Virus record (IMG/VR): IMGVR_UViG_3300023109_000009
Direction: 5' to 3' (one strand)
Origin: an uncultured virus (IMG/VR IMGVR_UViG_3300023109_000009)
Taxonomy: Duplodnaviria > Heunggongvirae > Uroviricota > Caudoviricetes
DNA length: 64,000 nt
Shown here: piece by piece, positions 48,301-58,900 of the stretch
Layout: each line of letters opens with the position of its first letter
Numbering within the stretch: the stretch's first letter is position 1
Notes under the pieces: generated by a model
Database searches by the model: none
Told to the model about the DNA's origin: nothing
The model's input: the letters and a program-made list of their open reading frames with translations, nothing else
Translations under genes and position numbers: made by a program

Positions 48301-51300
48301 AACAGACCAATGAATTGATTGATGCAAACTCTTATATTGGCACGACACGTGTTGATCAAGGTTTCGATGAAATCATTGCAGCCCTAGACAATCGGGGAAC
48401 ACTTTACACTCCAACCAATGCTACGTATGATGCAGACTCAGGTCTGATGGTCGTCACAATTGGTACCCACACATTAACCGTTGGTCGAAAGATTCTGGTT
48501 GGTGCTGGTGGTATTACCTTCAGCTGTGGTACGGATGGTAACGTAACTGAAATCTCACACCCAAGACCAACTGATCCGGCATTTAATAGCCCATTAGAAA
48601 TCTTGGCAATCTCAAGTACAACAATTACAGTCCAAGCCGGAACATCATTTTACAAGGGTGAACATACCTTTGTCAAGGCAGCAGATAATTCGATTATTGA
48701 GCTTGGTTCAGAAATCACATTCTCTGATGATGCAGCAATCTCTGCTGATAATCGCAATGCAAGAAAACAACTTCAAGCTAACAGAGGTTTCTTGCAGGAC
48801 ATGGTCTTAGGTTATATTGATGATAACTACTTCCTATACGACTCTGCTAAATGTGAACGGGACATCACAAGACACATACTGCCATCGGTAGAACGTGATG
48901 TTATTACTGGTTCTAATTTCAACGCAAGACAGACTGGTATTGCATATCGTCAAGGCACAATGGGTGCTGAGACTGTAGTTCGTGATCAATTGGTAGAAAC
49001 AATTGGAGCAATCGAACACCTCAAAGGTCTTGCTACTGCCGGTGTAACTGATCCTGCATCTTCACATAGAGTTGAAGAGTCATTTAAGCAAATTGTAGAC
49101 ATCGTTAATAATAACGGCAAGTCTTACACTCCTGCTGCTGGAACCACTTATGATCCCGATTCTGGTGTCATGACAATGGAGATCGGTACACACGATATGC
49201 AGGTTGGTCAAACTGTCATCATTGCTGATGAGAGTGTTGTCTTTACTTGTGCTTTGGATGGTAATGCAACAAATCATGCATACCCACGAAAAGGTGATCC
49301 TGCGTACAGAACCCCCGTCACAGTAAATCTGGTTACAGCTACAACGATTTCAGTTAATGTTGGTGGATATCTCAATGGTACTGCTCACACATGGGTGAGT
49401 TCGACTTCTAACTGTGTGAAGGCAGGTAGTTATATCAGTGCCTACACACCATCGACTGCCACTTATGTACCATCAACTGGTGTATTCACTGCTACAATCG
49501 GTGGACACAATCTGGTCAAAGGTGACTACATTCAATTCAAACCCGAATCAATTGTCTTTACATGTGATTTGGATGGTAACAATACAGAACACGCAACACC
49601 CGAGGTACATCACCCATTCTATGACCGACCTGTAAAAATTACAAATGTCGTCGGTGATGTAATTACAATGAATGTTGGTGCTGCCACTAACGGTGGTGGA
49701 ACTCATACGTTTGTTTCGGCTGTTGAAGGTGCGATCGAGGCAGATCCGATTGTTTGGACTGATCCTGCTAAGTATCTCGACTATTTCACACCGACAGATT
49801 CAACTTATGATCCTGGCACGGGTGTAAGTACAGTGACATTACCAGGCCATGATATTGAGCTTGGAGATTACATTGAGTTTGCTCCTTACAGCTTCACATT
49901 TACTTGTGCAGATGATGGCAATGCCACTGAGCATTCTTATCCTCGCAAGGGTGACAGTAATTATCGCGAACCAATGGAAGTCACTAACGTCGCTGGAGAT
50001 GTCATTACAGTTAATGTTGGTGGAACCGGTGGTGGTGGAGCACACACATTTGTAAGTGCATCAGATGCTGCCGTCGCTAAGACTACACATAATTCTCAGG
50101 GCCAACTTGCAAGAGAACAATTGCAGGCAAATAGAAACTTCCTACAAGAAGAAGTTATGGCATACCTCGATACACAATATTTTGTATTCGATGGTGATAA
50201 GTGCTCAAGAGATACAGGCTACATTCTCGAAGCTGTAAGACGAGATGTTTCAACTGGTTCAAATTATAACTCTGTATATGCTGGTCGTGCATATCGTGCA
50301 GGAACTGCTAGTGGTAACTATGTCATCGCAGATCAACTTACGGAGACAGTTGCTGCTATACAATATCTGAAGACTGAAACTGCTACAAGATTATCAGGTT
50401 CAGAACTGACTGCTGCTAATGCTGCATTCGATGAGATTATTGATATTCTCAGTAATGGTACTGGAAATGCAGATGCCTATAACTTCGGTACTGCTACTGC
50501 TGGTACTAATGCCCAGAATGGTAGATTACAGTTACAAGCCAATAAGCTCTTTTTACAAGAAGAAGCCATTGCATTTTTGACTGTAAACTTCCCAACATTC
50601 ACTTATGACCAATCTAAGTGTAGAAGGGATACGGGTCTTCTGATTGATGCTATATCTTTCGATATCTCACACGGTTCAAATACTGCTGGTATTAACTTTG
50701 CTCGACTCTACTTCAATGAAGGTGTCAGTACCTTACCAGAAGCTCAGAAAGCCAAAACTGCAGAGGTTTATGAACACCTCGGTAAAGTGGCCTCAGATAT
50801 CGTACAACAGATTGCTGTTACTGCAACCTCAGGTAATGGCATAACGCAGGATGTTTCAAACCCAGATGCTGGAATTGAAATTGCAAATAGATCATACAAT
50901 CTAATGGATCTTGTGGCCAAGGTCTTGCGTGAAGATACGCTTGATTGGCTACCTACTCCAATCGAACCTGGTTATAATACAGTAGCGCAGATGACTGCAT
51001 CTCAGGCAATCGATGGAATCACAGAATCTTTACAAGGTGGTGTGATTAAATTCCTGCGAGAAAATTATAACGGTCTTCCATACAATAAAGATAAGTGTCG
51101 CAGAGATGTTGGTCTTATCACTGATGCAATCTCTAAGGATATTGAATACGGTGGTAATGCTTCTACAATCGAAGCTGCGAAATACTACTTTGCTGTTGAC
51201 GCAAGAATGGCTTCAAGCTATGAAGAGCTTAGAACAAGAAATGTTCTATCAATACCAGTAACCGGTCAGTTCTCTGTCTTAGATGATCTGGCTGCAGTCT

Positions 51301-54300
51301 CTGGTTTGAGAGAAGCTACAAATATCTTGCCAATGGAGCAAAGATTACCTACGAAGAGAGCATTCGAACATCTGGCTACAATCGCCGGAAGTATCGTACA
51401 AGAAACTCCAGTGGTTTCAAATTTCACTAAGTACACACCAACAAATGCTCAATACATACCGGCTTCTGGTGAATTCACTGCAGTAATTGGTACGCACCCA
51501 TTTGCTGTAGGTGATACAGTATACCTCAAGCCTAATGGTTTCACTTTCAGTTGTGACATGGGCCAGGGTTCTGGTGTACAGAATCATACTTCACCACAGA
51601 AACACCACCCATTCTACAACAAGCCTATCACCATTACTGCTATCACAGCAACTAATATTGTAATGAATGTAGGTGATGGTGGTTCAGGTTTACAACCACA
51701 TACATTTGTTTCTGCTGATGCTGATTCAATCAGTACAGGTCCTTATCAATTATTTGACGGTACTGCTACAAGTGCTGCAACCGGTACTGCTGTTACTGCT
51801 CTGTATAATGTTATCTCTGATGTCGTTGAGGATAACGATCTGGATAATCTGGATACAATTGAGGTTAAGCCTCTTGCTGATCCTAACAGAACAGTTGCTC
51901 GTGAACAAATTCAGATGAACAGAAACTTCATTATTGATGAAGTGGTTGCATACTTGAATGACGAATATTACACATTTGATGGCGAGAAGTGCAAGAGAGA
52001 CCTCGGTCTAATTATCGATGCTGTAAAACGAGATATTGTTACAGGTTCAGATTTCAATGCAAACTTCAACGGCCGGGCTTATAGAATTGGTACTGTCGGT
52101 GCTGATGCTGTAATCAATGATCAATTAACAGAAACTGTTTCTGCAATCAAATATGCCAGAGATCTTTGTGTTGCTGCCGTACTTGATTCAAATGTTAAGG
52201 TAACTGTTGCTGCAAGATTCGACAGAATCATTGACATGATGGGTAACGGAACTGCATATTCTAATGTGCTTGAATTTGGTTTCGATGCGATCAGCTCTTC
52301 AAGAATTAATGCAAGATCTCAATTACAAGCTAACAAAACATTCTTACAGGCTGAAATGACAGCTTGGTTGGCAGTCAATAGAGCTTCACATACCTATGAT
52401 GTTGCCAAGTGTGAAAGAGACATGGGCTACATTATTGATTCCGTATCTTGGGATATTCAACACGGAAGCAATTCGGCTTCAAGAAATAATGCCACTCTGT
52501 ACTTTGAGAACGCAATAAGTGTTTTACCAGAAGATCAGAAAGAACCCACGGCTGCAGCGTTTACTCATATTGCCTCGGTTGCAAGACTGGTTGCAAATGG
52601 TGATACTGTTACTGTCACCTCTGGTAACGTAGAAACACAAGACACAAGTTCAGGTAACTCGGGTGGTCCTCTTGCCATTGCAGTACAAGATCTAATGCTG
52701 ATTATTTCAGATGCGATCTCTGAAAATGGACTGGATGGAATGCCAGAACTCGAAGAACCAATTGTTACTGCTTACGATGCAAATCTTCAGGCTGCATATG
52801 CTTCAATCGAAACAGCTAAGACAACTGCTCAGGCTGGTGTGTTGACTCACCTCTCCACGTACTTCAATACTCTTTACTATAACGAAGAGAAGTGCAGACG
52901 AGATACTGGTTACATGATCGATGCAATATCACACGATATTCAGTACGGTGGTAATGTTGCAATCACAAACGCAACTCAGGTTTACTTTGAGAATGCTGTC
53001 AATGTATTGCCACTCAATCAAAGAGAGCCTACAAGAAAGGCATTCTTACACTTGGGTACTGTGATGAATCACATCACTCGAGAGATTGAGGTAACACCTA
53101 CTGTAGGTAATACCAGTGTTCAGAACTACAAATATGTAGCTGCTAATCCTATGACTGGTATGTTGGTAGAAGATCTTGCCAAGATTGTTGCTCTTGCTGT
53201 AGAAGATGCAACACCAACAATTGCAAATCTCCCTGCTAAGGTCGAACCTTCACAGACATGGGTTGCTGGTAATTACACCAACTCTGTAGATGTGATTGAA
53301 AATTCTTCCAAGACCTGGGCTGATAGTGTGATAAGTCATATCAGTACTACATATAACGGATTGAGTTTCCCACGAGGTAAGTGTAGACGAGATGTTGGTT
53401 ATCTTGTCGATGCTGTGTCTCACGATATTCAATACGGCGGTAACTTTGCAACACGAACTGCTGCAGGAATTTACTTTGAAAATGGAATATCGGTACTCCC
53501 AGCAGATACGAGAACACAGACTGCCGACATTTATAGCTACCTAGGTACTCTGGCTGAAGGTGTAGTACAAGAGACTGATGTTTCGACTGCAACAACCTAT
53601 ACTCCATCCAACGCAACATATGATCCGGCTACTGGTGTGTTTACCGCAACAATCGCCTCACATAGTTTCAAGGTTGGTGATAAGGTTTGGTTCAAGTCAA
53701 ATGGAATTACATTCAGTTGTAACATGGGAGGTGGTTTACAGAACCACACATCACCACAGTCGCACCACCCATTCTATAACAGAGGGTGTCCAATTACTGA
53801 GGTAGATGGAAACATCATTACAATGAATGTTGGAACCGGTGGAACAGGTCAGGTACCCCATACATTTGTATCGGCAGACGCTGATTCACTGAGTACAGGT
53901 CCTTACCAAGACACTAGTGGTGTTGCTGCTACTGCAACTGAAGGTGCTAGAACTGCAGTGTTGGTTGGAATCATAGAGGGTGTGATACGAGACGATGATC
54001 TTGATGCCCTACCAATCATCGAAGAACCTGATACATCTTGGGTTGCAGCCGATGTGATTGCTACTGGTGAAATGATTGATGACAATACAGAAGAACTTGC
54101 CATCGATCTGGTCGAATTCCTTAGAAGAGAGTTTGATGTACTCGATTATAACAAAGCTAAGTGTCGACGTGACACTGGTTACTTACTCGATGCATTCAGC
54201 TATGATTTGAACTATGGTGGTAATACTGCATCAAGATGGAACGCAGATTTCTACTTCTGGAACCAAATTTACAGAATACCAGAAGACCAGAGAATACCAA

Positions 54301-55436
54301 CAGCTAGATCATATCAACATCTTGGCAAAATCTGTAAGGATATTGTCCTCGGTAAATACCCAGGTCAGGTAGTGAAGAGTGGAACAGGCACAGATGTCGA
54401 ATCTAAGAAGGTTCAGGATCTGGCAAATATGTTCTACCTAACACAAATAAATAATGACACTACATACTTACCTGTCAAGGAAGAGCCAGATTACTCATGG
54501 ATCCCTGCGATCGTAAGTGATGTGGGTTCAATTCTTGAATTTAATAAGATTGATCTTGCATTTGATACAGTTAGATATGTCAATGCGACTTATAAATATA
54601 TTGATATTAATCTCACTAGAAGAGATGGCCTGAATTTACTGAAGGCAATTGAACAAGACTTTAGTACGGTGAATCCAGCTGGACCACCTACAAGTAATGA
54701 TTATCAGAATAATGGTGATAGACAGAGAACACGAGCTTATAGTGCTGCATTGTTTGACTTTAATGGTAAACATGCATTCCCAGTGTTCAATTCTACTACC
54801 CCAGGTCTGAAATATATCAGTTCAGTTGCTCGAATTAATGGAGATGCTACCGACTTAGATGTAATTCCGGTGGCAGATCGTAAGCCTAACCATGCGTATA
54901 TTGTTGCTACGAACTTCGCTACCAACTTCTACGCTGGAGATATATACTATTGGGATGGAACACAATGGTTAAATGATGGGGCCAATAATACTGACCTCTT
55001 AGATGCGTTTACTGGGGCTTGGATAAAGATGAGAGATTATCTCATTACCCTTTCACCAGATGCAGATCACACTGGCATGATCAACGGTTTGATTAATGAT
55101 TGTTTGATTGATAACGTGTTGAGACCAGAAGTGTTGCAATTTGGTTCACTTGTTGAATCGATTGCCCACCAGTTCAATGGTGCTTCTGCTGGTGTTAACA
55201 GAAATGCTTTACCATTGAACTTTAGAAACCTTGGTCTGCCAATTTCGGCTCTGGCCTCGGTACTCTCGGAAGACGGGGGTCGGGTAAGATGGTCTGGTGC
55301 AGACGAATTGAATAACCAATACTTCGCAAGAGGTTTGAGAATTAACGGTAGAACAGGACGAATTGAAGGTAGACCATTTACATCGTCTGTAAGAAAACTC
55401 GCTCGAAGGGCTTCAAATAGTAGAGCTTCGATTTAA
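45321..55436 (+). CDS. Giant virion structural protein: beta-solenoid, beta-helix, 11-12 phycobiliprotein-like modules and 6 Cys/His beta modules
   Basis: 3371-aa ORF in the late operon. KISEL fibre-type N-terminus; HVD..GDDKNPGT..P..S beta-helix cap; repeated KCxRD and YTP..ATYDP..G modules. Confidence 0.85.
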   Translation: MSKISELGPITGANTRSEDLFVIVNLVQGDDGTKNITRKELVEALQYEIFSRIRITGESITTTFISNSDLDNVRIDNSTMEDSDISRSDFNNGSLRNSTGDNLVIINSEFNDGNLDNVVIVNSQFNDGDLLNVDGDNVRLINSTIDDSAISDSTANNITISTSTFNNGGITNSTANNITITKSTFDDGALTNSTGNNLDITNSDFADGNIANTQITTSVFDNGALTNSTGNNLDIADSTLDNSTITNSAFNDGTADNVDIVNSDFSDGTGNNNVFTKTTIDQGTIQSSEIVDSSFAGTMDGVVATNMTITSSSASGFSQSKSTFDDGGITQSTFENGVIDQSKLVDFDMEVNKEFEPHIDENSWFALKNEKTGEVEKITYAQFFDEISRTTESSLKIHVDASKGDDKNPGTMLQPIRSLERASELAKEKAGGTFDRNAINNAIHISCGPGTYYTKGNIALPDDCAMTSTAGQYATVIEALPGYEQNNAVLVGSGCYVQGFAYQNWKIDNFDFPEGGFAVAYRPGAKLLRSPYIRDSSQLSNFLREDVEPPLQPFNTKGNVLDLGREFILEVGHTGLFQQDDEVTFSSGAKGYISWDDTKDTEAGLAPDLATNRKIFVRNLKNNKGFAVGDLIQSESGGRGTIEEIGIDNFPNPLVGRGGGCMLADRRALDPDSLYTYVLCFGFTPRSQNGMGYVARDGAGVNGIGSLSIFVRVAFYALNGGQMTLNNSGTQFGDISMRAKGSTKIFAPKDTTANMIGNTAFADVISTNEDLIIEDMVEFLTANTSSGGLGYTGYDAQKCERDSKIIIDGLGYDMSLDTNYWGRLAGISYRSPISSKVVGEQLDATLGANRYLQARINDVFTGSNTEIFERANTSWNELYNVVEFGEENINPIIFADTGDASRTSAREIIQDNRELIQDELLDWIDNNDQFYAYDSVKCRRDTTEYILPAVKYDALLDTNYNSVRAGGAYYMKSAEKVVGQQRNETIAAYKRLKEQTNELIDANSYIGTTRVDQGFDEIIAALDNRGTLYTPTNATYDADSGLMVVTIGTHTLTVGRKILVGAGGITFSCGTDGNVTEISHPRPTDPAFNSPLEILAISSTTITVQAGTSFYKGEHTFVKAADNSIIELGSEITFSDDAAISADNRNARKQLQANRGFLQDMVLGYIDDNYFLYDSAKCERDITRHILPSVERDVITGSNFNARQTGIAYRQGTMGAETVVRDQLVETIGAIEHLKGLATAGVTDPASSHRVEESFKQIVDIVNNNGKSYTPAAGTTYDPDSGVMTMEIGTHDMQVGQTVIIADESVVFTCALDGNATNHAYPRKGDPAYRTPVTVNLVTATTISVNVGGYLNGTAHTWVSSTSNCVKAGSYISAYTPSTATYVPSTGVFTATIGGHNLVKGDYIQFKPESIVFTCDLDGNNTEHATPEVHHPFYDRPVKITNVVGDVITMNVGAATNGGGTHTFVSAVEGAIEADPIVWTDPAKYLDYFTPTDSTYDPGTGVSTVTLPGHDIELGDYIEFAPYSFTFTCADDGNATEHSYPRKGDSNYREPMEVTNVAGDVITVNVGGTGGGGAHTFVSASDAAVAKTTHNSQGQLAREQLQANRNFLQEEVMAYLDTQYFVFDGDKCSRDTGYILEAVRRDVSTGSNYNSVYAGRAYRAGTASGNYVIADQLTETVAAIQYLKTETATRLSGSELTAANAAFDEIIDILSNGTGNADAYNFGTATAGTNAQNGRLQLQANKLFLQEEAIAFLTVNFPTFTYDQSKCRRDTGLLIDAISFDISHGSNTAGINFARLYFNEGVSTLPEAQKAKTAEVYEHLGKVASDIVQQIAVTATSGNGITQDVSNPDAGIEIANRSYNLMDLVAKVLREDTLDWLPTPIEPGYNTVAQMTASQAIDGITESLQGGVIKFLRENYNGLPYNKDKCRRDVGLITDAISKDIEYGGNASTIEAAKYYFAVDARMASSYEELRTRNVLSIPVTGQFSVLDDLAAVSGLREATNILPMEQRLPTKRAFEHLATIAGSIVQETPVVSNFTKYTPTNAQYIPASGEFTAVIGTHPFAVGDTVYLKPNGFTFSCDMGQGSGVQNHTSPQKHHPFYNKPITITAITATNIVMNVGDGGSGLQPHTFVSADADSISTGPYQLFDGTATSAATGTAVTALYNVISDVVEDNDLDNLDTIEVKPLADPNRTVAREQIQMNRNFIIDEVVAYLNDEYYTFDGEKCKRDLGLIIDAVKRDIVTGSDFNANFNGRAYRIGTVGADAVINDQLTETVSAIKYARDLCVAAVLDSNVKVTVAARFDRIIDMMGNGTAYSNVLEFGFDAISSSRINARSQLQANKTFLQAEMTAWLAVNRASHTYDVAKCERDMGYIIDSVSWDIQHGSNSASRNNATLYFENAISVLPEDQKEPTAAAFTHIASVARLVANGDTVTVTSGNVETQDTSSGNSGGPLAIAVQDLMLIISDAISENGLDGMPELEEPIVTAYDANLQAAYASIETAKTTAQAGVLTHLSTYFNTLYYNEEKCRRDTGYMIDAISHDIQYGGNVAITNATQVYFENAVNVLPLNQREPTRKAFLHLGTVMNHITREIEVTPTVGNTSVQNYKYVAANPMTGMLVEDLAKIVALAVEDATPTIANLPAKVEPSQTWVAGNYTNSVDVIENSSKTWADSVISHISTTYNGLSFPRGKCRRDVGYLVDAVSHDIQYGGNFATRTAAGIYFENGISVLPADTRTQTADIYSYLGTLAEGVVQETDVSTATTYTPSNATYDPATGVFTATIASHSFKVGDKVWFKSNGITFSCNMGGGLQNHTSPQSHHPFYNRGCPITEVDGNIITMNVGTGGTGQVPHTFVSADADSLSTGPYQDTSGVAATATEGARTAVLVGIIEGVIRDDDLDALPIIEEPDTSWVAADVIATGEMIDDNTEELAIDLVEFLRREFDVLDYNKAKCRRDTGYLLDAFSYDLNYGGNTASRWNADFYFWNQIYRIPEDQRIPTARSYQHLGKICKDIVLGKYPGQVVKSGTGTDVESKKVQDLANMFYLTQINNDTTYLPVKEEPDYSWIPAIVSDVGSILEFNKIDLAFDTVRYVNATYKYIDINLTRRDGLNLLKAIEQDFSTVNPAGPPTSNDYQNNGDRQRTRAYSAALFDFNGKHAFPVFNSTTPGLKYISSVARINGDATDLDVIPVADRKPNHAYIVATNFATNFYAGDIYYWDGTQWLNDGANNTDLLDAFTGAWIKMRDYLITLSPDADHTGMINGLINDCLIDNVLRPEVLQFGSLVESIAHQFNGASAGVNRNALPLNFRNLGLPISALASVLSEDGGRVRWSGADELNNQYFARGLRINGRTGRIEGRPFTSSVRKLARRASNSRASI
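45880..46016 (+). repeat. Exact 32-nt direct repeat within the beta-solenoid region
   Basis: ACGGTGCATTAACTAACAGTACCGGCAACAAC at 45880-45911 and 45985-46016. Confidence 0.9.
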
Positions 55437-55451
55437 AGGATATAGAATAAG

Positions 55452-55949
55452 ATGCCAATACCACCCGATTATGGAAATAACCCAACAGAACCAGAACTCG
55501 ATGAATTTGGTGTTCCTACTGGGATCACCATCGTCGAAACTTCTCAAGCACCGGATGCGTTGCCTATTGGAGCAAATTATGAGCTCACTACGAATTGGAC
55601 AACCATTCTCCAGGTACCAAAATTCAAGGTACCGGAACTAGTATTCGGAGGCTCGACTACGGTTGAGCCGGGTATCGGAGAAGTTATCTCCCCTCTGATT
55701 ATTTCTAATAAAACTGCAAACACTGTGCCAGTAGATGTAAGAATCAATAGATTCCCTCAACGACCACAAGATGAGTTTTATGTAATTAGAAATCTCAGAT
55801 TACCCGCCTACGATACTATTCCTATACCCTTAAACGGTCAATTTTTTGCATCCGGTGACATACTTGAAGCAAAGGCTACTAGTAATTTAGCCATTGATGC
55901 TACCATATCATATACCATAGGACAGGCGGAAGAGTACGATGTCGACTAG
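55452..55949 (+). CDS. Hypothetical virion protein (beta-rich)
   Basis: 165-aa ORF with AAAGGA RBS between the giant protein and the collagen fibre. Confidence 0.65.
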   Translation: MPIPPDYGNNPTEPELDEFGVPTGITIVETSQAPDALPIGANYELTTNWTTILQVPKFKVPELVFGGSTTVEPGIGEVISPLIISNKTANTVPVDVRINRFPQRPQDEFYVIRNLRLPAYDTIPIPLNGQFFASGDILEAKATSNLAIDATISYTIGQAEEYDVD

Positions 55950-58900
55950 ATTTAAATCTATGGGTGCCAAGACCATAACTCTTGGCCAGGGAATTCCACA
56001 AGAATTTCCTATTCAACTAGACCCGGCCCCATTTGAAGGGTCCCTTGTCTATGCAGAGAACGGAACGATCAAGTTATCGGACGGTACTGCTTGGGTTGAT
56101 GTTGGTGCTGGACCTGCTGGTGCTCAAGGCGCGCAAGGTTTTAATGGCTCCCAAGGTTTACAAGGAGATTATGGTCCCGGTTTTACTATTATCGGTTCTG
56201 TATCAGATGTCGATTCGGGTGGAGATCCACAAGCAACTTTAACCGCAGCATTCTCATCGCCTAATATTGGTGAAGGTGTCATTGATGACGCTGATGATGA
56301 GTTATGGATTTGGGATGGTGCCAATTGGATTAACATTGGTTCTTTCCGAGGCGTTCAAGGTTTTCAAGGTAATCAAGGCGCACAGGGTGTACAGGGTAAT
56401 ATCGGCGAAGAGGGTATTCAAGGTACCCGTGGCTTTAGGGGTCTACAAGGTAATCAAGGACCTCAAGGCACGCAAGGATTTCAAGGCTTCCAAGGTCGGC
56501 AAGGCCTACAAGGTGTACAAGGACCGCAGGCTGCGCAAGGTACACAAGGTTTCCAAGGCAATCAGGGTGTTCAAGGTGTTCAAGGACCTCAGGCTGCTCA
56601 GGGTGTTCAAGGTCTCCAAGGAGATCAGGGTATTCAAGGCATCCAAGGGTTCAACGGTGATGATGCAGGTTCGGTCTATGAATATAGACTTGATAACTCA
56701 TTAATCGAAGCAGATCCCGGCAATGGGGATATGATCTGGAATAACCCAGGCAGTCCTACAGGTGATTTCTCTGCAGTAACCACTATGTGGATTGATGATG
56801 AGGCATTCTATGGCGTAAGCATGGAAGGCATTTATCAGGCAATTGCTGCATCAACAGCAGCAAATAAAGCATATATGAAGGTCACAAAGCGTGGCCGACC
56901 TGATGATTATGTAGTCTTCTCTATTCAAAGTATGACTGATAGTGGTGGTTATTGGCAAGTGGGTGTTACCTATGTTGCTGGTACTGCAGTAAAAGAAAAT
57001 TTTGTAGAAGAAACCTCTCCCGGTACATTCACCTCATATCCATTATTGGTTGCATTCTCTATCAGTGGTGATACTGGTGCTCAAGGTTCTCAGGGTACAC
57101 AAGGTTATCAAGGCACACAAGGTGTCCAAGGTCCTCAGGGTATTCAAGGCGATCAAGGTACTCAGGGTGTTCAAGGTACTCAAGGTTTCCAAGGTTCTCA
57201 GGGTATTACTGGTGCCTATGGTGGTGTCACATTCAGATATAACTACATTCAAACCGATGTAACCAATTCAGATCCTACTGCTGGATTCTTAAAAGGTAAT
57301 AACGGAACACTTGGAGCTTCAACACAACTTTATATTGATGTCACTGATGCAGATGGTATCAACATCAATGGAATGTTGGCAGATTTCTACGCTTCAACCA
57401 ATCCCAATAACAAAGGATATTTGAAATTAGCAGATGCGTCGGACGTATATGACTATGCGTTGATGGAGGTAACAGGGGGAGCACTATCAGGTGATATCTC
57501 GTCTGGTTACCATGTCGTTGAAGTTACTGGTGTAGTAAATCAGACATTCCCCGATGGTTCAGATTTAAGAATTTCTTTTGTCAGAACTGGTGATCAAGGT
57601 GCTCAAGGTGTTCAGGGTCAACAAGGATTCCAAGGTGCTCAGGGTCAACAAGGAACTCAGGGCAGACAAGGTTTCCAAGGTACTCAAGGTTTCCAAGGTG
57701 TGCAAGGCTTACAGGGTACTCAGGGTAGACAAGGAACTCAAGGTTTCCAAGGTACTCAGGGCTTCCAAGGTACTCAGGGTCTGCAAGGATCTACCGGTGA
57801 TTTCGGTGGACTTACATTCGACTATACATTCGATACTGCAGTTGCTGATGCCGACCCAGGTCAAGGTAATTTAAGATTCGATAATGTTGCCTTTGGTTCG
57901 GCAACTAAAATGTATATCGATGATCTTACTGATCAGGGTAGTGATCTTGCACCTTTATTCACTGAATTAGATATTAATTCCAGTGGTGTAAAAGGTCTGT
58001 TTAGAATCATTGATGCAACCGATATCACACAATTTGCAACTTTCGATTACACAGAAATCACTGATTCGACTGGCTATCACACATTTGATGTGAGTCATAT
58101 TGCAGGTGTCACATCATTTGCAAATGACGCAGATATTAGAATCACATTCGTAAGAACTGGTGATCCCGGCGCACAAGGTCTGCAGGGTTCACAGGGTGTT
58201 CAAGGATCCCAAGGTCTACAGGGTTCACAAGGTGTTCAAGGATCTCAAGGATTCCAAGGTGGACAGGGTGTTCAAGGTATTCAAGGCCTGCAAGGTCAGG
58301 TCGGTGACCACGGTGGTCTTTCTTGGGATTATCTCTTTGATACAAATACAAGTGCTGGATCTGCTCCAACTACTAATAGCTGGAAGATCGACAATACTAA
58401 TGTAACACTTGCTACGAAACTCATCATTGATGATATTCCAAATGATGCATATAATAACGAACTAGATGACTTCTTTGACTATCTGGCTGCAATACCTGGC
58501 ACACCAAAAGGCCAGATTCTTATTGAAAGCATTGCAGATCAGGATGGGCCAGCTGGACATCATTTTGTAATCTATGAATTCACTGCCTTCAATTGGGATA
58601 GTGGATCTGAGCTTTATGGTATCTTTGATGTAAATTATATTGCATCTGGTGCCGTAACAAGTAATAACTGGGCTAATGTAACGGCTGATCATGGCCCAGG
58701 CACATTGGTACACTTCATACCTGCAGGTCCAGAAGGAGCTCAAGGAGCTCAGGGTCTACAAGGTTTCCAAGGTATTCAAGGTAATGCCGGTGCTGCCGGT
58801 GGTGTAACATTTGAATATAATTTCAACTCTGACACGAACACGGGTTCGTTGATTGGTGCTGGTGAATTAAAATTCAATAATGCTACATTGTCTTCAGCCA

